This document shows, piece by piece, positions 16,210 through 25,761 of a stretch of 64,000 bases of DNA (within the stretch, counting starts at the first letter, position 1; each line of letters starts with the position of its first letter). The notes beneath the pieces are model-generated. The model saw only the letters and a program-made list of their open reading frames with translations. It made no database searches and was not told the DNA's origin. Position numbers and translations under genes: made by a program. Origin of the DNA: an uncultured Chitinophaga sp. (lineage in GTDB: Bacteria > Planctomycetota > Phycisphaerae > Phycisphaerales > SM1A02); assembly GCA_964440815.1 (NCBI GenBank), contig CAYTYU010000001.1:5646-69645 (forward strand), read 5' to 3'.

Positions 16210-17445
16210 TCACCACAGCATGTTCAGCTGAAGCGTCAGGGCGACCGACGTGTCATGCGGGGCGTTGAACACGGGATCGAGGATGACCTGCAGGTCCGGC
16301 TGCACGGTGAGGGTCGGGGTCAGCTGCAGCACGTACGTGACCTCGAAGCCCCACTCCTGGGCGTTGGGCGTCCCGGCGACGGCGGAGTCCAGCCAGTAGA
16401 AGCCTGCCGCCAGGGACGACTGCAGGCCGCGCAGGAACGTGGTGTCCGCGGGCGCAAGCACCGCGAGGCCGCCCGCGAAGGACGCCTCGGTGCCGCCGAG
16501 CTGCGTGACGTTCGGGTTTCCGAAGCCGCCGCGCGCGAAGAAGGCGAGGGCGCCGTCCCGGCCGAGCCGCTGCTCGACGTTGAACAGCACGCCGCCGCCG
16601 GTGCTGCCCTCGACCGTGGCCACGAACGGGATGGCGCGGTAGATCCCCGGCCCGAGGCCGAGGAGGTCCTCCGTCAGCACGCCGAACTCGAACGTGTTGG
16701 TCCAGTCGTCGGCGGAGATCCCGTCGAAGGGCATCTGGCCCGCCTGCGTGTCGTTGGCGGCGCTCGACCACATGGAATAGAACCAGTCCGTGGGCTGCCA
16801 CTGGACCACGACGCCCATCGCCTGCCGCGACCAGGGCAGCAGCGACGGCGTCGAGAACTCCTCGTTGAGCAGCTGGTTGTACTGGTTGTTGGCGTAGGTG
16901 TTCAGGTCGAGGTAGTAGTCGGGGTTGAGCATCCCCGCGGTCACGACCAGCTCGCCGTCGAGGAACGACTGTTGCCACGCCAGCTGCTGGACGAACGCGT
17001 GCTGGCCGTTGTCGACGCCCATCGGGGTGCCGAGCGAGCCGATGCTCCGGCGCGGGCCTTCCGAGGCGGCGTCGTAGCCGAGGCCGGTGCCGGCGGCGGC
17101 GCCGAAGGTGAGCCAGCCCGCCGTGCCGCCGAGCTCGTGCGACGAGAAGGCGTTCCACGAACCGTAGAACTCCGTGGAGTAGTAGTTGAACGCGGTACGT
17201 TCGCCGGCTTGCGCGCCGGTGACGCCGACGAAGTCGTAGGACTGCCAGAGTGCGTACCGGATCCCGAGGCCCGCGAGCGCGGTCTTCGTCGCCTGTGCCG
17301 CGTCCGACACGGGGTCGGTGCCGATGATCGCCCCGGACTGCAGGCAGTCGACCGCCAGCAGGTTCGCCGACGCGAGGTAGGGCATCATCCGCGGCTCGTC
17401 CGCCGGCGCCTGCGCAAGGGCGGCGAGGACGGGGATCAGCACCAT
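16210..17445 (-). CDS. carbohydrate-selective porin, OprB family
   Basis: Start MVLIPVLAALAQAPA (ATG 17445) within ORF 16210..17568. It has OprB-like segments (GIRYALWQSYDF, AWQQSFLDGELVVTAGM, FEVTYVLQLTPTLTVQPDLQ) and ends LTLQLNMLW. Confidence 0.75.
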   Translation of the reverse strand: MVLIPVLAALAQAPADEPRMMPYLASANLLAVDCLQSGAIIGTDPVSDAAQATKTALAGLGIRYALWQSYDFVGVTGAQAGERTAFNYYSTEFYGSWNAFSSHELGGTAGWLTFGAAAGTGLGYDAASEGPRRSIGSLGTPMGVDNGQHAFVQQLAWQQSFLDGELVVTAGMLNPDYYLDLNTYANNQYNQLLNEEFSTPSLLPWSRQAMGVVVQWQPTDWFYSMWSSAANDTQAGQMPFDGISADDWTNTFEFGVLTEDLLGLGPGIYRAIPFVATVEGSTGGGVLFNVEQRLGRDGALAFFARGGFGNPNVTQLGGTEASFAGGLAVLAPADTTFLRGLQSSLAAGFYWLDSAVAGTPNAQEWGFEVTYVLQLTPTLTVQPDLQVILDPVFNAPHDTSVALTLQLNMLW

Positions 17446-17485
17446 GCCGGTGAGGGTACGTCCCCGGCGGCCTCGCGGGCGTCGC

Positions 17486-18109
17486 TCACGCCCGGTCCGG
17501 CGCACCGCCGCCATCCGCGGGCCGGCTGCGCAGCAGCCACCATCCACCGAGTGCGATGCCGATGGCACTCAGGAGCCACATCGGCGGCAGGTAGGCGTGG
17601 CTGGCGGTCATGTTGAGGCCGCGGCACCAGCCCATGCAGAGCACGTGGCAGAGCAGCACGGCGCTCGCGGCGAGCGACAGGCGCCATCGCTCGCGCGGCG
17701 TCCAATTCGGACGGAGCAGGAGGAACACCGTCGCCGCGGCCAGCCCGCCGAACATGAAGACGAGCTCGCCGGCGGTCGACAGGCGCGGCGCCGCGGCCGG
17801 ATCGGCGGGTGGCGCGAAGAACTCCTTGAAGTACGCGGGGTCCAGGATGGCGAGCGACATCGGCACGTGCCAGACTGCGCCGAACACCCCGGCACGGAAC
17901 CACGTCGCGGGGTCGGTGCCCCCGGCGCGCCCCCGCATGCGGCGCAGCGCCGCCAGGAAGCCGAGCGCCATGCACAGGACCGCGGCCATCGCCACCGCCT
18001 TGTTCACGATGAACACCGGGATGTTGCCGGCATTCCTCGGGGCGAACGCCACGTAGCGGATGACCGCGTACACGACGCTGGCGGCGTAGAGGGCGACGAT
18101 CCCGCGCAT
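17486..18109 (-). CDS. hypothetical integral membrane protein (about 5-6 TM, His residues within helices)
   Basis: ORF with clear TM periodicity; I recognised no family. It lies 10 nt downstream of the kinase gene and 40 nt upstream of the OprB gene on the same strand. Confidence 0.5.
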   Translation of the reverse strand: MRGIVALYAASVVYAVIRYVAFAPRNAGNIPVFIVNKAVAMAAVLCMALGFLAALRRMRGRAGGTDPATWFRAGVFGAVWHVPMSLAILDPAYFKEFFAPPADPAAAPRLSTAGELVFMFGGLAAATVFLLLRPNWTPRERWRLSLAASAVLLCHVLCMGWCRGLNMTASHAYLPPMWLLSAIGIALGGWWLLRSRPADGGGAPDRA

Positions 18110-18119
18110 GGCGGGAAGG

Positions 18120-19715
18120 CTAGCGCGGGGCGGGGTCGGCGAGCATCCGCGTCAGCACCGCCGCCGCGGCATCGTCGAGCCATCCCGGCCGATCCTCGCT
18201 CGTGAGCTGCATGCGGTGGGCCGACGGGACCTCGTCGGGCGCTTCGCGTTCCGCGCGCAGGCGGTCGTGGACGGCGAGGTCGGCGTCAGAGATGCGAGTT
18301 GGATCTGCCGCGCGGCGCGCCATGCGTGACTCGATCGTTCGGCGGTCGGCATCGACGTCGACCAGGATCCACGGCACGCCGCGCGCGGCGGCGGCCGCGA
18401 TCAGCGGTGCGCGCTGCGCCCGCGTGCGCTGCGAGGCGTCGACGATGACGGTGCGTTCGGCTCCGGCGACCATGCCCGCGAGCGCGCGGTAGGTCGCATC
18501 GGTCGCGCTGGTGGCGTACGCCCCGGCATCCGCGCGGTCGGTGGGGGCGACGCCATGCAACGCCTTGCGGACGAGGTCGCTCGAATGGACCGCGGCGCGC
18601 ATGGCGCGCGCGAGATGCGCGGCCAGCGTGCTCTTGCCGGTGGCCGGCAGGCCCATGACCAGCACGGTGGCGGGTTCGAGGGCATAGCCCGCCGCAAGGA
18701 GCGCGTACGCGCGCACCTTGGCGGCGATGATCGGCAGGTCGGCGGCCGCCGTCTCCGGCTGGTGCAGGCGGATCGACTCCGTCATCGCTCGCACGATGGC
18801 GTAGTGCATCCGGAAGTAGCGGAAGAGCTCGTCGATGCCGCGCTCCCCGGCGGCGTCCGCGTAGGCGGCCAGGAACGACTCCGCCAGATCAGGACGGCCG
18901 AAGCGATCGAGGTCCATCGCCAGGAACGACGGATCCATCGCCCGGTCCGCGCAGCGATACGCGTCCTCGAACTCCAGGCAGTCGTATGCCTCGATGCGGC
19001 CGTCGACCATGCATGCGTTGGCCGCCTGCAGGTCGCCGTGCCCGTCGCGCACGCGGCCGTCGCGCCGTCGCGCCTCGAGCGTCGGGGCGATGCGGTCGAG
19101 CCATGCGCGCGCGGTGCGGTCGAGCGCGCCGACGAAGGCGGCATCGAGCGGCGGATCGAGCCCGGGCGTCGGGTTCGCGGCGTGTTCGGCGAGCCTGCGG
19201 AGGCAGTCGTCCTGACGGGCACGCACCACGTCGAGCGCCCCATGGCGCCGGACGTCCGGGCCGGCGGCGGCATGCGCGTGGAAATCGGCCAGGCGCCTCG
19301 CGAAGTCGCGCAGGTGGCGTTCGGTCACCCCGCCTGCGGGAACCAGGCGGTCGAGCATGCCGCCGGCAGGCAGGCGGCGCATCTCGACCAGCCACTCGAT
19401 CACCTGCGCGCCCTCCGCAGGCTCGCGAACGACTCGGATCCGATCTCCCTCGCGAACGACCGCCGCAAGCCCGCGGTAGATCCCCGGCACCATCCGTCGG
19501 TTGAGCCGCAGCTCGCGCTCGCAGTCGGCGCGACGGCGTTCGAGGGTCGAGAAGTCGAGGAACCCGAGGTCGACCGGCTTCTTCGCCTTCCACGCGGTGT
19601 CGCCCACCAGGAAGACGACGGAGGCGTGGGTCTGCGCCACGTCGACCGATGCCCCCACGGCATCCGGGAACGCGCCCGGATCGCGCAGCCGGTCGACCAG
19701 TTCCTTCGGATCCAC
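18120..19715 (-). CDS. bifunctional aminoglycoside-phosphotransferase-like / P-loop ATP-binding protein
   Basis: The N-terminal APH-type kinase fold has the catalytic GHGDLQAANACM. The C-terminal P-loop kinase has Walker A VMGLPATGKSTLA. Confidence 0.75.
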   Translation of the reverse strand: MDPKELVDRLRDPGAFPDAVGASVDVAQTHASVVFLVGDTAWKAKKPVDLGFLDFSTLERRRADCERELRLNRRMVPGIYRGLAAVVREGDRIRVVREPAEGAQVIEWLVEMRRLPAGGMLDRLVPAGGVTERHLRDFARRLADFHAHAAAGPDVRRHGALDVVRARQDDCLRRLAEHAANPTPGLDPPLDAAFVGALDRTARAWLDRIAPTLEARRRDGRVRDGHGDLQAANACMVDGRIEAYDCLEFEDAYRCADRAMDPSFLAMDLDRFGRPDLAESFLAAYADAAGERGIDELFRYFRMHYAIVRAMTESIRLHQPETAAADLPIIAAKVRAYALLAAGYALEPATVLVMGLPATGKSTLAAHLARAMRAAVHSSDLVRKALHGVAPTDRADAGAYATSATDATYRALAGMVAGAERTVIVDASQRTRAQRAPLIAAAAARGVPWILVDVDADRRTIESRMARRAADPTRISDADLAVHDRLRAEREAPDEVPSAHRMQLTSEDRPGWLDDAAAAVLTRMLADPAPR

Positions 19716-19774
19716 GGCTCGATCGTATGGCGGCGGATGCGCGGCTACAGTTCGGCGCCCCGTCTGGCCCCATC

Positions 19775-21559
19775 ATGCTCGCTGCCGCCTCCTCGCTTCC
19801 GCTCCTGACGACCATCGCCGCGGGATTCGTCGGCGCCTGGGTGCTCGGCATCATCACCCAGAGCATCGGGCTGTCGCCGATCGTCGGCTACCTGCTCGCG
19901 GGCATCGTGATCGGCCCGCACACGCCGGGCTTCGTCGGCGACGCGGCTGCCGCCCAGCAGCTGGCGGAACTGGGCGTGATCCTCCTGATGTTCGGGGTGG
20001 GCCTGCACTTCCACGTCAAGGACCTGTGGGCGGTGCGCCGCATCGCGCTGCCGGGCGCCATCATCCAGAGCGCCGTCGCGACCGCGGCAGCCACGGTGAT
20101 CCTGCTGTGGTTCGGCTGGGCGCCGACGGCGGGCGTCGTGGTCGGCATGGCGATGGCGGTGGCGAGCACCGTGGTCCTCATGCGCGTCCTGACCGACCGG
20201 GGCATGCTGGCCACCGCGCACGGCCACGTGGCGGTCGGCTGGCTGATCGTCGAGGACATCCTGACGGTGGTCGCGCTGGTGGTCGTGCCGATGCTTGCCG
20301 TCGGCGACGTGGATGCGGCGGCCGCCGCTGCGGCGGGCGCCGCCGTGCGCGAGCCGTGGTGGATCACCCTTGGGTGGGCGCTCGGCAAGCTGGCGGTGCT
20401 GGTGGCGATCGTGCTGCTCGGCGGTTCTCGCGTGGTGCCGTGGATCCTCGAGCAGGCGGCGAAGCTTCGCTCGCGCGAGCTGTTCACCCTGACCGTGCTC
20501 GTGCTGTCGGTGGCGATTGCCGTCGTGGCCGGCACGGTGTTCGGGGCGTCCATGGCGCTCGGGGCGTTCCTCGCCGGCATCGTCGTCGGGCAGTCGCCCA
20601 CCAGCCACCAGGCCGCCGCGGACGCGCTGCCGATGCGCGACGCGTTCGCGGTGCTCTTCTTCGTGTCCGTCGGCATGCTCATCGATCCGGCGTTCATCGC
20701 CGACGAACCCGGGCTGGTGCTCGCGGGCCTGGTGGTGGTGATGGTGGTCAAGCCGCTGGTCGCGGTCGCGGTCGTGGCGGTGCTCGGCTATCCGGTGCGG
20801 ACGGCGCTCGTCGTGGCGATCGGCCTGGCGCAGATCGGCGAGTTCTCGTTCATCCTCGGCCAGGTCGCCGACGGGAGCGGGCTGCTCCACGAGGGCGGCA
20901 TGGAGATGCTGGTGACCGTGGCCATGCTGTCGATCACCGTGAACCCGATCCTCTTCCGCTCGGTCGACCGCCTGGAGCGCGGGATCGCGCGGATTCCCTG
21001 GCTGTGGCGCCTGCTCGATTCGCGCCACGCGCACCGGGCGGCGGAGGCGGGGTCCGGGGCAGTGGAGGTCCGGCCGGGCGACGATCGGCCGCGTGCGGTG
21101 ATCGTGGGCCATGGGCCGGTGGGGCGCCTGGTCGATGCGCTGCTCACCGGCGCCGGCTTCCGCACCGTCGTCGTCGACATGAACATCGACACGGTGCGGT
21201 CGCTGGCGCGGCATGGACGTCCCGCCGTCTACGGCGACGCCGGCCGGGCCGAGGTGCTGGAGAGCGCGGGAATCCGCGGCGCGTCGCACCTGGTGCTGAC
21301 CTTGAGCACCCCGGAGGGTGCGGCCGGCATCGTGCGTTCGGCGCGCGAGCTGGACCCGAAGGTCGAGATCACGGTGCGTGCGCGGTACCTGACGGAGCGC
21401 GAGATGCTGCTCGCGGCGGGTGCGGATGCCGTGATCGTCGAGGAAGGCGAGACCGGCACGGCGATCGCGCGCCACGTGCTGGCGCGCCGGGGAACGCCCC
21501 GCGAGGTCATCGACCGGGTCGAGGGCGCCGTCCGGAAGCTGTGGCGGCTCGGCGGGTGA
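19775..21559 (+). CDS. CPA2-family cation:proton antiporter with C-terminal RCK/TrkA-N domain (KefB/YbaL-like)
   Basis: The start MLAAASSLPLL was chosen within ORF 19649..21559. The Na+/H+ exchanger TM core reads GYLLAGIVIGPHTPGFV, LLMFGVGLHF. The Rossmann motif is AVIVGHGPVGRLVDALL. Confidence 0.85.
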   Translation: MLAAASSLPLLTTIAAGFVGAWVLGIITQSIGLSPIVGYLLAGIVIGPHTPGFVGDAAAAQQLAELGVILLMFGVGLHFHVKDLWAVRRIALPGAIIQSAVATAAATVILLWFGWAPTAGVVVGMAMAVASTVVLMRVLTDRGMLATAHGHVAVGWLIVEDILTVVALVVVPMLAVGDVDAAAAAAAGAAVREPWWITLGWALGKLAVLVAIVLLGGSRVVPWILEQAAKLRSRELFTLTVLVLSVAIAVVAGTVFGASMALGAFLAGIVVGQSPTSHQAAADALPMRDAFAVLFFVSVGMLIDPAFIADEPGLVLAGLVVVMVVKPLVAVAVVAVLGYPVRTALVVAIGLAQIGEFSFILGQVADGSGLLHEGGMEMLVTVAMLSITVNPILFRSVDRLERGIARIPWLWRLLDSRHAHRAAEAGSGAVEVRPGDDRPRAVIVGHGPVGRLVDALLTGAGFRTVVVDMNIDTVRSLARHGRPAVYGDAGRAEVLESAGIRGASHLVLTLSTPEGAAGIVRSARELDPKVEITVRARYLTEREMLLAAGADAVIVEEGETGTAIARHVLARRGTPREVIDRVEGAVRKLWRLGG

Positions 21560-21580
21560 GGCGCGCGCCGCCGCCGCCGC

Positions 21581-22013
21581 TCAACCCCACGCCCCGAGCA
21601 TCATCCCGAGGTCCACGCCGTCGACGAACCCGTCGTCGTTCAGGTCGCCGAGCCGGATCGGCACCAGGCGCACCAGCTCCGTGATGCTGAATGCGGGGCC
21701 ACGTCTCGCCGACGCGAGGATCATGCGGGCGTTGTTGATCTCCGACGCCCCCATCACGGCCCACGCGCCCTGCGACGGATCGACCAGCGGGCCGATCGGC
21801 ATCGCCGTGGTCGTTGACGGCGGTCGCGGTGCTGAACTGGTCGCCCGGATACGGGGCGACCAGGCGGAACTGGTATCCGGACGGCGTCGGCGGGGCGGCC
21901 GTGACGGCGGCGGCCGCTGCAAGCCATGCGAACGCTCCCGCCCGCGCGGCCGCGATCGAGGCATGCCTGGGAGTGCGCCGCATCTGCGCGAAGTATGGCA
22001 CGTACCGGTCCAT
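21581..22013 (-). pseudogene. frameshifted small secreted protein gene (HAF-repeat-like, dockerin-like tail)
   Basis: One frame gives a signal peptide and ..GDQFSTATAVNDHGDA (track ORF 21507..22013). Sense then continues in another frame as IGPLVDPSQGAWAVMGASEINNARMILASA...GDLNDDGFVDGVDLGMMLGAWG* (track ORF 21581..21964). The junction is near 21800-21830. Confidence 0.4.
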
Positions 22014-22205
22014 GGTCCGGGTCGTTTCTCACGGTCTGCACCCTGGATCCCTCCGCTATCGGTCGTCGTCGGCCTGCGCGGGCGGGTTCCTGCTCCGCCC
22101 GCGCGGATTCCGCTTGGAATGTCCGGGATCGGGGGTAGGGTCGGTCATCGGGCCGCGGTCCCGGCCATCCGGCCGGGCGCGATCCCGGACAAGAGGGAAG
22201 GGACC

Positions 22206-22844
22206 ATGCATCGAACCATCGTTGCGGCCGCTGTCGCCGCCTGCACCGCCTCCGCCGCCGAGGCGTCGATCTTCTCGTACACCAACCAGCTGATGCGCGC
22301 CGGGATCAGCGCGGGAAGCGTCGGCGACGAGTCGACGTTCACGGGCATCTCGCCCTGGTACGCCTCGCGCGCCGCCAGCGCGCCCGGCATGCTCCAGTTC
22401 GCCTCGATCGGCTCGTCGCTGGCCGGCGACCAGTTCAGCTTCAACGCGAAGGCCGTGCTCAACGCGACGCCCCCGGGCTTCGGCGGCTACGACGCCTACG
22501 CGGAGTACCGGCTCGACTTCACGGTGAACGAGGCGGCCATCGCGACCATGTACTTCGACCTCGGGCGCAACGTCGCGCAGGGATCCATCATGGCGCTGGC
22601 GGTCACCGGTCCGTCCGGCTCGATCTGGTCGGCGTTCACGCCGGACACCACGATCTTCTCCCTGACGCTCACGGCCGGCCAGTACTCGATCATCGGCCAG
22701 GTGTGGAACATCGCCCCGAGCGCGGGGGACTACATGAACGAGGCGTGGATGACGGGTTCGATCAGCGCCGTCCCGGTGCCGGCGCCCGGCGTCATCGCGG
22801 CGCTTGGCCTGGCGGGACTCGGTCGGTCGCGCCGCCGCCGCTGA
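22206..22844 (+). CDS. PEP-CTERM sorting domain-containing protein
   Basis: Start MHRTIVAAAVAACTASAAEA (ATG 22206, GAGGGAAGGGA upstream). The C-terminus is VPVPAPGVIAALGLAGLGRSRRRR, that is, the PEP-like motif plus a TM helix plus an Arg cluster. Confidence 0.75.
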   Translation: MHRTIVAAAVAACTASAAEASIFSYTNQLMRAGISAGSVGDESTFTGISPWYASRAASAPGMLQFASIGSSLAGDQFSFNAKAVLNATPPGFGGYDAYAEYRLDFTVNEAAIATMYFDLGRNVAQGSIMALAVTGPSGSIWSAFTPDTTIFSLTLTAGQYSIIGQVWNIAPSAGDYMNEAWMTGSISAVPVPAPGVIAALGLAGLGRSRRRR

Positions 22845-23175
22845 GGCGCGAGGCAATCCCGCAGCCGAGCAAGGCCAGCCCCGGCGCGGCGAAGGCGACG
22901 AACCACGGACCGGTCGGCGGCCCGCCGCCGGCGACGGCGTAGATCGCATAGAAGGCCACGAGGCTCGCGAGCGTCACCAGCCCGCCGGCGATCTCCTTGC
23001 GCCAGGCGATCGCCATGCCGACGACCGTGCCGACGGGGAAGCATGCGATGAGCGCCCATTCGAGCGCGGTCGGCCAGCTGCCGCCGCTCGTGGCGAAGGC
23101 GACGAGGAGCCCGATGCTCGCCAGGCTCGCGGCGCGCGCAAGCCAGCGGATGACGACCACCGGCATCGGGTCCAT
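22792..23175 (-). CDS. hypothetical small membrane protein (4 predicted TM)
   Basis: Start MDPMPVVVIRWLARAASLASIGLLVAF within ORF 22792..23412. It is called on hydrophobic periodicity only. Its 3' end overlaps the convergent PEP-CTERM gene by 53 nt. Confidence 0.45.
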   Translation of the reverse strand: MDPMPVVVIRWLARAASLASIGLLVAFATSGGSWPTALEWALIACFPVGTVVGMAIAWRKEIAGGLVTLASLVAFYAIYAVAGGGPPTGPWFVAFAAPGLALLGCGIASRLSGGGATDRVPPGQAPR

Positions 23176-23261
23176 GGGAGTTCCGGACTCTTGATGCACC
23201 AGTGCAGGAGCGTATCGGTGACGCCCCGTGCGATGGCTTGCGACCGTTACCATCCCCGTCC

Positions 23262-23795
23262 ATGATGAATCGTCCGCTCGGGATTGCGTCCTCACGTGCC
23301 GCCTGCCTGGCGCTGGCCTGTGCCGCGCTCGCCGCCGCGCCCGGACTGGAAACCGCCGCCACCGGCCAGGCCCCCGGGGCCAGCACCGAGGCGGCGGACC
23401 TGCTCGCCGCAAACGACCGGTTCTATGCCGCGCTCGGCAAGGTCCTGTCCGGCGACCCCTCTGCCATGGCGGGCGTCTGGTCGCACCGCGACGGCGTCTC
23501 CGACTTCGGTCCCTTCGGCAAGATGCTCGACGGGTGGCCGGAGGTCGAGCACCGCTTCGGCGAGGAGGCCTCCCAGGCCATGGGCGGCACCATCTCCTGC
23601 GAGGGTGCCGCGGCGTTCGTCGGCGACGAGATGGGCGTCGTCACCTGCATCGAGGCGTCCAGCGCGCCGCTGGCCGACGGCACGCCGGTCACCGTGCGCA
23701 CGCGCGCCACCAACGTCTTCATCCGCGAGGGCAGCGCCTGGAAGATGATCCACCACCACGCCGACGCCACGATTGCCCCGGTGTCCCGACGCTGA
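23262..23795 (+). CDS. secreted NTF2-like (SnoaL/DUF4440-type) protein
   Basis: Signal peptide, then LLAANDRFYAAL...VWSH...GW..VE..F and RATNVFIREGSAWKMIHHH, which is typical of the NTF2-like superfamily. Confidence 0.65.
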   Translation: MMNRPLGIASSRAACLALACAALAAAPGLETAATGQAPGASTEAADLLAANDRFYAALGKVLSGDPSAMAGVWSHRDGVSDFGPFGKMLDGWPEVEHRFGEEASQAMGGTISCEGAAAFVGDEMGVVTCIEASSAPLADGTPVTVRTRATNVFIREGSAWKMIHHHADATIAPVSRR

Positions 23796-23827
23796 GCGCG
23801 GCCCGCACCACCCCAGGAACACCGCCG

Positions 23828-24367
23828 ATGAACACCATCCGAATCGCCTCGGCCCTCTCGATCGCCGCGCTCCTCGGCGCCGCCGGTGCGGCCGGCTGCG
23901 CCCGCATGGCCGCCCACCGCCTCGTCCACGAGGCGCTCGACCACGCCGGCGAGCAGCAGGCGGACGTGCTCGCCGCCAACGAGGCCTTCTACGCCGCGAT
24001 CAACCGCCTGATGGCCGGCAGCGCCGACGGCATGGACGCGGTCTGGTCGCATTCGCCCGACGTCTCGGACTTCGGCCCGGACGGCAAGCGCCACGTCGGG
24101 TGGCCGGCCGTCGAGGAGCAGTTCCGGGCCGAGGCCGCGCTCAAGATGGGCGGCACCATCACCTGCGAGGACGTGAAGGTGGTGCAGGCCGGCGACCACG
24201 CGATCGCGACGTGCCTCGAGCGCGGCGACGGCGTCATGATCGGCGGCAAGGTGGTGGAGCTCCGCTTCCGCGCGACGAACGTGTTCCGAAGGGAAGGCGA
24301 TGCGTGGAAGATGGTGCACCACCACACCGACCCGTCGCCCGCGCTGACGCCGAAGCCCCCGCGCTGA
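23828..24367 (+). CDS. NTF2-like (SnoaL/DUF4440-type) lipoprotein, tandem paralogue
   Basis: MNTIRIASALSIAALLGAAGAAGC (lipobox). It has the same motif layout as the preceding gene (VLAANEAFYAAI, VWSHSPDVSDFGP, RATNVFRREGDAWKMVHHH). Confidence 0.7.
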   Translation: MNTIRIASALSIAALLGAAGAAGCARMAAHRLVHEALDHAGEQQADVLAANEAFYAAINRLMAGSADGMDAVWSHSPDVSDFGPDGKRHVGWPAVEEQFRAEAALKMGGTITCEDVKVVQAGDHAIATCLERGDGVMIGGKVVELRFRATNVFRREGDAWKMVHHHTDPSPALTPKPPR

Positions 24368-24370
24368 GCA

Positions 24371-24985
24371 GTGGCCGGTCCGGACGCCGCATTCTGGGAC
24401 GACCGCTTCGCCCGCGGCGACACGCCGTGGGACCGCGGCGGCGCCGGGCCGCAGCTGGTCGAGTGGCTCGCGGCAGGAGTGATCGTGCCGGGGGCGCGCG
24501 TGGCGGTTCCCGGCTGCGGGCGCGGGTGGGATGTCGCCGAGCTTGCCGGACGCGGGTTCAAGGCCGAGGGCATTGACGTGTCGGCCGAGGCGTGCGAACG
24601 CGCGCGAACGCTTCTTGCCGAACGTGGGCTTCGCGCCGAGGTGATGAATGCGGACGTGTGCGCGTGGCGGCCGGCGCGGCCGTTCGATGCCGTCTACGAG
24701 CAGACGTGCCTGTGCGCCATGCACCCGTCCATGTGGCGTGCCTACGAGACGGCGCTTGCGGCGTGGCTGCGGCCGGGCGGGGTGCTTCTTGCGATGCTGG
24801 CCCAGCGGCCGCGACCGGAAGCCGTCGATGCCGGCATCATCGAGGGCCCGCCGTACCACTGCGACATCAACGCGATGCGCATGCTCTTCGACGATGCGCG
24901 CTGGGAGTGGCCGGCCCCGCCATACGCGCGCGTGCCCCACCCCAACGGCATGCACGAGCTGGGGATGGTGCTGCGCCGACGGTGA
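24371..24985 (+). CDS. TPMT-family SAM-dependent methyltransferase (thiol/halide methyltransferase-like)
   Basis: GTG start 3 nt after the preceding stop. The N-terminus reads FWDDRFARGDTPWD, the SAM motif is VAVPGCGRGWDV, and the C-terminal motif is GPPYHCDI. Confidence 0.75.
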   Translation: MAGPDAAFWDDRFARGDTPWDRGGAGPQLVEWLAAGVIVPGARVAVPGCGRGWDVAELAGRGFKAEGIDVSAEACERARTLLAERGLRAEVMNADVCAWRPARPFDAVYEQTCLCAMHPSMWRAYETALAAWLRPGGVLLAMLAQRPRPEAVDAGIIEGPPYHCDINAMRMLFDDARWEWPAPPYARVPHPNGMHELGMVLRRR

Positions 24986-25013
24986 GGCGAGGCCGCGCCC
25001 CTACACTCACTCC

Positions 25014-25712
25014 ATGGCGACCGTGCCCGAGCACCATGAACTGCGCACCGGCCTCAGGGGCACGGCAGGCGGGCTGCTCGTCACGCTGATGGCGGCATCG
25101 CTGATCGACCTGGGTACGTCCTCGGCGCTGCGCCTGACGGACGAGGCGCCGTCGCGGGCGGTGCTGGCCTTCCAGTCGGTGGACGTGTGGGTGAGCCCCC
25201 TGGCGCTGGCGTCGTCGGCGGTGGCGCTGGGGCTCTGGTTCATGCGCACCGGCCGGTCGTTCGTCCGGATGTTCGACCTGTCGCTCTTCCTGGCGCTGCT
25301 GGCGCTGGTGGTGAACGTGGCGGGGCTCGTGGTGTCGCTCTTCGACCCGAAGGACGATCCCGGGTTCCTGCTCCTCTCGGCGGGCCTCGTGTATGCAGAG
25401 AACGTCGCGGTGTTCGCGGCCTACTACTGGCGCTTCGACCACACGCACCACCACCTGTACGCCGACGGCGACGAGCGTGACTACCCCGGCATCCTGTTCC
25501 CGCAGGGCACGCTCGGCTTCCGGTCCCTCAAGGGCTGGGTGCCCCGGTACATGGACTACTTCTTCCTGTCCTTCAACACGTCCAGCACGTTCGGGCCGAC
25601 CATCCCGGTGCCGCTGCGCGCCTCCATCCAGCTGGGCATGATGCTGCAGGTGACGATCGCGATGACCGTCCTGCTGATGCTGGCGGCCCGGGCGGTGGGC
25701 ATGATCGGCTGA
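25014..25712 (+). CDS. membrane protein, DUF1345-like
   Basis: Start MATVPEHHEL within ORF 24648..25712. It has TM helices, then YAENVAVFAAYYWRFD...GILFPQ...YMDYFFLSFNTSSTFGPT, which matches the DUF1345 layout as I remember it. Confidence 0.5.
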   Translation: MATVPEHHELRTGLRGTAGGLLVTLMAASLIDLGTSSALRLTDEAPSRAVLAFQSVDVWVSPLALASSAVALGLWFMRTGRSFVRMFDLSLFLALLALVVNVAGLVVSLFDPKDDPGFLLLSAGLVYAENVAVFAAYYWRFDHTHHHLYADGDERDYPGILFPQGTLGFRSLKGWVPRYMDYFFLSFNTSSTFGPTIPVPLRASIQLGMMLQVTIAMTVLLMLAARAVGMIG

Positions 25713-25761
25713 GCCCGCGCGCCGGGACAGGGGATCCGGGGGGCAACTAGCCTTTGCGCCC

